A DNA stretch of 42,482 bases, taken from the NCBI GenBank assembly GCA_035266805.1, contig DATFMS010000209.1, positions 1 through 42,482 of the forward strand, written 5' to 3'. Shown one piece after another: positions 36,847 through 42,482 of the stretch. The position numbers and the translations under genes are program-made. Source of the DNA: Burkholderiales bacterium. Its GTDB lineage: Bacteria > Pseudomonadota > Gammaproteobacteria > Burkholderiales > SG8-39. The first letter of the stretch is position 1; the number at the start of each line of letters is the position of its first letter. The notes beneath the pieces are model-generated. The model ran no database searches. It saw only the letters and a program-made list of their open reading frames with translations, and had not been told where the DNA came from.

Positions 36847-38853
36847 TCAACGCGATACCGGAATCAAGCGTCCCGGCGCCGGCCAGACTCCGCGCCCGAC
36901 CGCGCGGGCACCCTCGAATACGAGATAGCTCTGCGCACCGTAATGCGACAGGGGCCGCCTGAGCGCGAGCAGTGCGGCCGTGTCGCGCGCCGACACGACG
37001 GCGACGGGCCGCGCGTTGCCTTCTCGTCGTACGGCCCAGACCTGCGCGCTGCCGCGCCCGGCGAGTGCCTGCGGCCGCGGCGGCAGGCCCAGGCGCGCGA
37101 GCGCCGCGTCTATGTCGGCATTCAGGCCGACGAGGAGAACGGGGTCGCCGTGGTCAGAGATCTCCGCCAGCGATACCGTGCGCGCGGCATTCTCGAACAA
37201 GGCCTTCGCCAGGACCTGCGCAGCGCCTTCGACGCCGGGTCCGCTGGAGGCGAGCGCGAGCCGCGGCGCGCGCGCCAGAATCCAGCGGCGAAGAATCGGC
37301 GGCAGCTGCGCGGAATCGAGCGCGCGCCACAGGCGCAGCCCCGGATCGAGCCGCACGCCGTCCGGAAGCCGCGCCACACGCAACAGCGCGGTCTGGTGCT
37401 CGTGCTCGATTTCGATCCAGCGGGTCTGCGTGCTGGTGCCAGTAACGATCTCCACCGGCACCCGGAGCCGGTACGGCGGCGCCGCTTGGGCAAGCGCCAG
37501 CGCGAGCATCGCGGCTCCGCCCTTGATTTCGGCCTTCGCCGACTCGATGCGCAGCCGCGGCGCGCCGGCGCGCTCGATCCACTGCTCGAAGAACCACGAA
37601 AGGTCGCGCCCGGAGGCGCGCTCGAAGGCGGCCCGCAGATCGCCCCAGGCGGCGGTCTCGAAGCGCTTCGAGCGCCAGAATTCGCGCACGCCATCGCGGA
37701 AGGCTTTCTCGCCGATGAGATCGCGCAACATCAAGAACACCATCGCCGACTTGCCGTAGCCGACTGCGGCCGCGGCGCCGTGCGCGCGCGAGCGAAACTC
37801 GGCCAGCGACGGTTGTTCGCTGGAAGGCACCGCGGCATAGTCCCGCAACCAGGCGAGCCGCGCTTCGCGTGCAGCTTCGGGCGATGCCTCTTCCTTGTAA
37901 GCGTAGTCCGCCATGAAGGTGGTCAGCCCCTCGCTCCAGTTTCCGCTCGAGTAGTCGACGTAGACACCGTTGCCCCACCAGTTGTGCAGCACCTCGTGCC
38001 CCAGCGAGGTGGTGCGGATGAACGGCAGCTTGAGCACCGTCGCGCCGATATAGGTGAGGGTCGGCATGCCGAATCCCGTCGGCAGCGGGCTGGCGACGAC
38101 CGAGAACGACTCGAAGGGGTAGCGGCCGATTGTCCTGCTGTAGCGCTCGATATAGCGCTGGCTGTCGTCCAGGTATGCCGCGGCGAGCGGCTCGAGGTCG
38201 GGGTAGAAGTAGGTCCGCAGGCGCAGCGGCGCCGCGTTGGGCCGCGGCACAACCCTCTCGTGTACTACGTACGGGCCGGCCATGAGCTCGATGGCGTCGG
38301 CCGGGTGGTCGAACTCGAAGCGGGCGCGGTAGCGTCCCGCAGAGATCTTTTCCTCCACCAGCCGCCCGGGGACCAATCCGCGCTGCTCGCGGGGCAAGGA
38401 AAGCCGGACGCTGTAGGTGAAAAGGCCGTCGGTGAGGGGATACCAGCCGCTCGCCGCGGGCAGGTAGCTACCCGCCGGCGAAACCATCGCCCGCGTTTCA
38501 CGCAGCACCTCGCGGTAGTCGAGCGACCGGTCGAGCGCCGGCAGGGTGCCGCCGTAGTCGAGGAGCAGCGTCGCGCCGCCACTCCCCCGCACCCGCCACA
38601 AATTGAGCTCGCCGTCGCTGCCCTCGAGCTCGACCGCCGCCGGGGCGCCGCCGAGGTTTGCCGAGCGGATGACGAGCGCGCGGTTCAATTCGAAGCGGAG
38701 CTCGCCGGGAGCTTTAAGCTCCGCCGTCACCTGCAGCGCCCGCGATGCCGGGTCGAGCTGCACGTCCAGGGCAAGCTGCGCGCCGCCCGCCATCGCAAGC
38801 GGCGGCGCCAGCACGCCCGCGAGCAGCAGGGCCGTGCGCCACCCTCGAGTCAT
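36847..38853 (-). CDS. Exported M1-family (gluzincin, aminopeptidase N-like) metallopeptidase with divergent exopeptidase motif and uncharacterised C-terminal domain
   Basis: C-terminal 668 aa of ORF 36847..39363. ATG at 38851-38853 (MTRGWRTALLLAGVLAPPLAMAGG, signal peptide) overlaps the upstream stop (ATGA). H286-E-V-L-H290 and E308 (GHEVLHNWWGNGV...NWSEGLTTF) form the zinc site. GFGMPT sits in place of GAMEN. Confidence 0.85.
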   Translation of the reverse strand: MTRGWRTALLLAGVLAPPLAMAGGAQLALDVQLDPASRALQVTAELKAPGELRFELNRALVIRSANLGGAPAAVELEGSDGELNLWRVRGSGGATLLLDYGGTLPALDRSLDYREVLRETRAMVSPAGSYLPAASGWYPLTDGLFTYSVRLSLPREQRGLVPGRLVEEKISAGRYRARFEFDHPADAIELMAGPYVVHERVVPRPNAAPLRLRTYFYPDLEPLAAAYLDDSQRYIERYSRTIGRYPFESFSVVASPLPTGFGMPTLTYIGATVLKLPFIRTTSLGHEVLHNWWGNGVYVDYSSGNWSEGLTTFMADYAYKEEASPEAAREARLAWLRDYAAVPSSEQPSLAEFRSRAHGAAAAVGYGKSAMVFLMLRDLIGEKAFRDGVREFWRSKRFETAAWGDLRAAFERASGRDLSWFFEQWIERAGAPRLRIESAKAEIKGGAAMLALALAQAAPPYRLRVPVEIVTGTSTQTRWIEIEHEHQTALLRVARLPDGVRLDPGLRLWRALDSAQLPPILRRWILARAPRLALASSGPGVEGAAQVLAKALFENAARTVSLAEISDHGDPVLLVGLNADIDAALARLGLPPRPQALAGRGSAQVWAVRREGNARPVAVVSARDTAALLALRRPLSHYGAQSYLVFEGARAVGRGVWPAPGRLIPVSR

Positions 38854-40038
38854 CGCTCGGGCGGGAACTTCACCACCAGGTCGATCTCCTTGCCCTCGCG
38901 CCGGATACGCATCGGCATCCAGGTGCCCGGAGGCTGCGCGCGGACCGCGCGGATCACTTCGCTCGTGCGTGCGATACCGGTGCCGGCCATCGATATGATC
39001 CGGTCGCCGGCGCGCAAACCGGCCGCTTCTGCGAGGCTGCCCGCGACCACATTGACGATGCCGACGCCGTCCTTCGTCTGCTCGATGCGTATCCCCAGGC
39101 GCGGCGGAGGCGGCGCGGAAGCCGGCAGCTTCGGCACGGCGAATACGGCGTCCGCGATGCCATCGAGCTTCGCGCAGTCGCCGCTCGCACTGACCGGCAA
39201 GAGCATGCCGATACTGTCGATGCCGAGATCGCGCAACTGGTGCGCGACGCCGCGGCCGTAGCGGATATGTCCACTGCCCATGACGCCGACGACCAGAGGC
39301 TTGTTTGCATCCCCCGGCGAGCGCACCGCGTCCGCTAGCGCCTGCGCCATGGCGCGATCCCAAGTCGTCTGCGAGTCGACGAAATGCCGGAAATCAGGGC
39401 CGAGGCGAGCGCCCTTTCCCGGATCGTCGACCTGTGGGTGGAGCTTATAGGCCTCGAACAGGTCGTCGAGATAGGCCTGCGAGGGTTTGGCGGGGCGGGT
39501 GACCCCTTCTTTCTGCGCCTCGGGTACGGCCTCCCATCCTTTGGCCGAGATCGCCTTTATCAGCTCCTGGTCGACGTTCAACGCCCGCATCGGGATGCGG
39601 TTGATGCGGGCGAAGCGAAACAGCGGCAAATACATGTCCGTGGGCCAGCCCCACACTTTCTCCCAATTCGCCTGCTCCAGCAGCTGTCGCTCCGACAGCT
39701 CGCCGGCGATCCACTTGTCCAGCACCGGCTGCGCGCGGCGCGGGAACGCCTCGAAGCCGATCACCATCCGCGGCCGCAGCAGGTGCAGAGCACCGAGCGT
39801 CGCCAGCTGCCAGGCGTGATGATCGGGATTGTCGTGCTGCTCGCCCAGCAGGACGACGTCGCGGCGCGCCACCGCCGCGATCACGTCCGCGCCCTTCGCC
39901 AGGTGCGCCGCGCCGGCGTCGGTCGCGAACCATTCCGCCGGCGCCAGGCAGTCCTGTGCCAGCGCGCTTCCCCAAACGCCGAGCGCAGCCGCTGCTATTA
40001 CAAGCGCTTGCCGCAGAAAGCTCGCCACGGACAGCGAG

Positions 40039-40046
<8 letters not shown>
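38850..40046 (-). CDS. Exported ChaN/DUF399 (Tiki/TraB/erythromycin-esterase superfamily) domain protein with C-terminal PDZ domain
   Basis: 398 aa. Signal peptide (ALVIAAAALGVWGSALA). VVLLGEQHDNPDHH, FEAFPR, and MGSGHIRYGRGV are ChaN-like motifs. C-terminal PDZ (GIRIEQTKDGVGIVNVVAGSLAEAAGLRAGDRIISMAG). TTG start at 40046 overlaps the typA stop by 8 nt. An alternative GTG lies at 40028. Confidence 0.78.
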
Positions 40047-41862
<1,816 letters not shown>

Positions 41863-41967
41863 GGCAGGAGACGACGCAAGACGCGCATTCTAGCAGTCGG
41901 AACCTGCGCGCAGCGCGTGCGATACTCCCAGGGCCGTCAGAGCGGTCGCTTCTTCAGGAGAATCTCC

Positions 41968-42482
41968 ATGCCTCTTCCCGCGCTGTTGCAGGGTCGCCTG
42001 AGCCTGCCGGTCGTCGGCTCGCCGTTGTTCATCGTCTCGAACCCGGAGCTCGTCATCGAGCAGTGCAAGGCGGGGATCGTCGGCTCGTTCCCGGCGCTTA
42101 ACGCCCGTCCCAAGGAGCAGCTCGCGGCCTGGCTCGACCGTATCACCTCCGAGCTTGCGGCTTGTCCCCATGCGGCGCCCTACGCGGTCAACCAGATCGT
42201 GCACGTGTCCAACGACCGGCTCGGGCACGATATGGACGTATGCGAGCGGTTCCGCGTGCCGATCGTAATTACCTCGCTGCGCGCCCCGGACGAGATCGTG
42301 CCGCGCGTACACGGTTGGGGCGGGCTGGTGTTCCACGACGTGATCAACGTGCGCCATGCGCGCAGGGCGATGCAGGCAGGGGTCGACGGCCTGATCCTGG
42401 TCTGCGCCGGCGCCGGAGGGCATGCCGGCATGCTGAGCCCCTTCGCGCTGGTGCAGGAGGTCAGGCGCTTCTTCGGCGGCAC
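41968..42482 (+). CDS. Nitronate monooxygenase / NMO (FMN TIM-barrel) family protein, 3'-truncated by window edge
   Basis: Not in the ORF track because it has no stop. Hand translation from ATG 41968 (AGGAGA as the SD): MPLPALLQGRLSLPVVGSPLFIVSNPELVIEQCKAGIVGSFPALN...VDGLILVCAGAGGHAGMLSPFALVQEV. This matches the NMO/2-nitropropane dioxygenase pattern. Confidence 0.85.
   Translation, partial: MPLPALLQGRLSLPVVGSPLFIVSNPELVIEQCKAGIVGSFPALNARPKEQLAAWLDRITSELAACPHAAPYAVNQIVHVSNDRLGHDMDVCERFRVPIVITSLRAPDEIVPRVHGWGGLVFHDVINVRHARRAMQAGVDGLILVCAGAGGHAGMLSPFALVQEVRRFFGG

Noticed and set aside
36943-39261. 772-aa ORF on the plus strand
   Set aside because: It is antisense to the M1 peptidase and ChaN-PDZ genes, and the product is Arg/Ala/Gly-rich with no motifs. 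The same reasoning applies to 36972..37445 and 36980..37759.
38854-39363. N-terminal 170-aa extension of the M1 peptidase ORF
   Set aside because: It overlaps the PDZ-encoding end of the ChaN gene out of frame. The internal ATG at 38853 gives a proper signal peptide and an ATGA junction.

Overview
High-G+C, almost spacer-free core-chromosome segment (about 55 CDS and 1 tRNA) with beta-proteobacterial-type synteny. No transposase, integrase, CRISPR array or rRNA was seen. Note that the ORF track prints M for GTG/TTG starts, and I checked starts against the nucleotides. Gene order, left to right: hslU 3' end; a translationally coupled ECF sigma / soluble zinc anti-sigma pair, divergent from an Hsp20 gene with a near-consensus sigma-32 promoter; argB, HAD nucleotidase, slmA; moeB-ctp-envC-gpmA (minus strand) facing an ArsR (SqrR/BigR/YgaV-like)-rhodanese (YibN-like)-grxC-secB-SH3-gpsA operon; trmL-comF; amidase-bioC. 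Next comes an aa3-type cytochrome c oxidase structural and biogenesis cluster: DUF2244-coxB-coxA-31 aa protein-DUF2970-coxC, DUF2909, SURF1, Sco-like, ctaA, ctaB, Sco. This cluster has no ctaG/cox11. Then rpoH-ftsX-ftsE-ftsY (minus strand); rsmD-coaD; mutM; TPR-lolB-ispE-tRNA-Gln-prs-rplY-pth-ychF; a small accessory-looking patch (CxxC envelope protein, GNAT); a tightly overlapped typA-ChaN/PDZ-M1-like peptidase operon; and the 5' end of a nitronate monooxygenase gene. Most of this is ordinary housekeeping DNA. The signals I rate highest are: (1) a perfect-consensus CIRCE/HrcA operator overlapping a sigma-E-type promoter motif in front of rpoH; (2) the typA-coupled exported ChaN/Tiki-PDZ plus divergent M1 gluzincin pair; (3) a two-Cys persulfide-sensor-type ArsR regulator inserted ahead of the conserved yibN-grxC-secB-gpsA block; (4) an amidase-signature enzyme translationally coupled to bioC; (5) an RsrA-spaced soluble zinc anti-sigma/ECF module between two heat-shock genes. 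All functional calls rest on motif recognition by eye. No database search was run.
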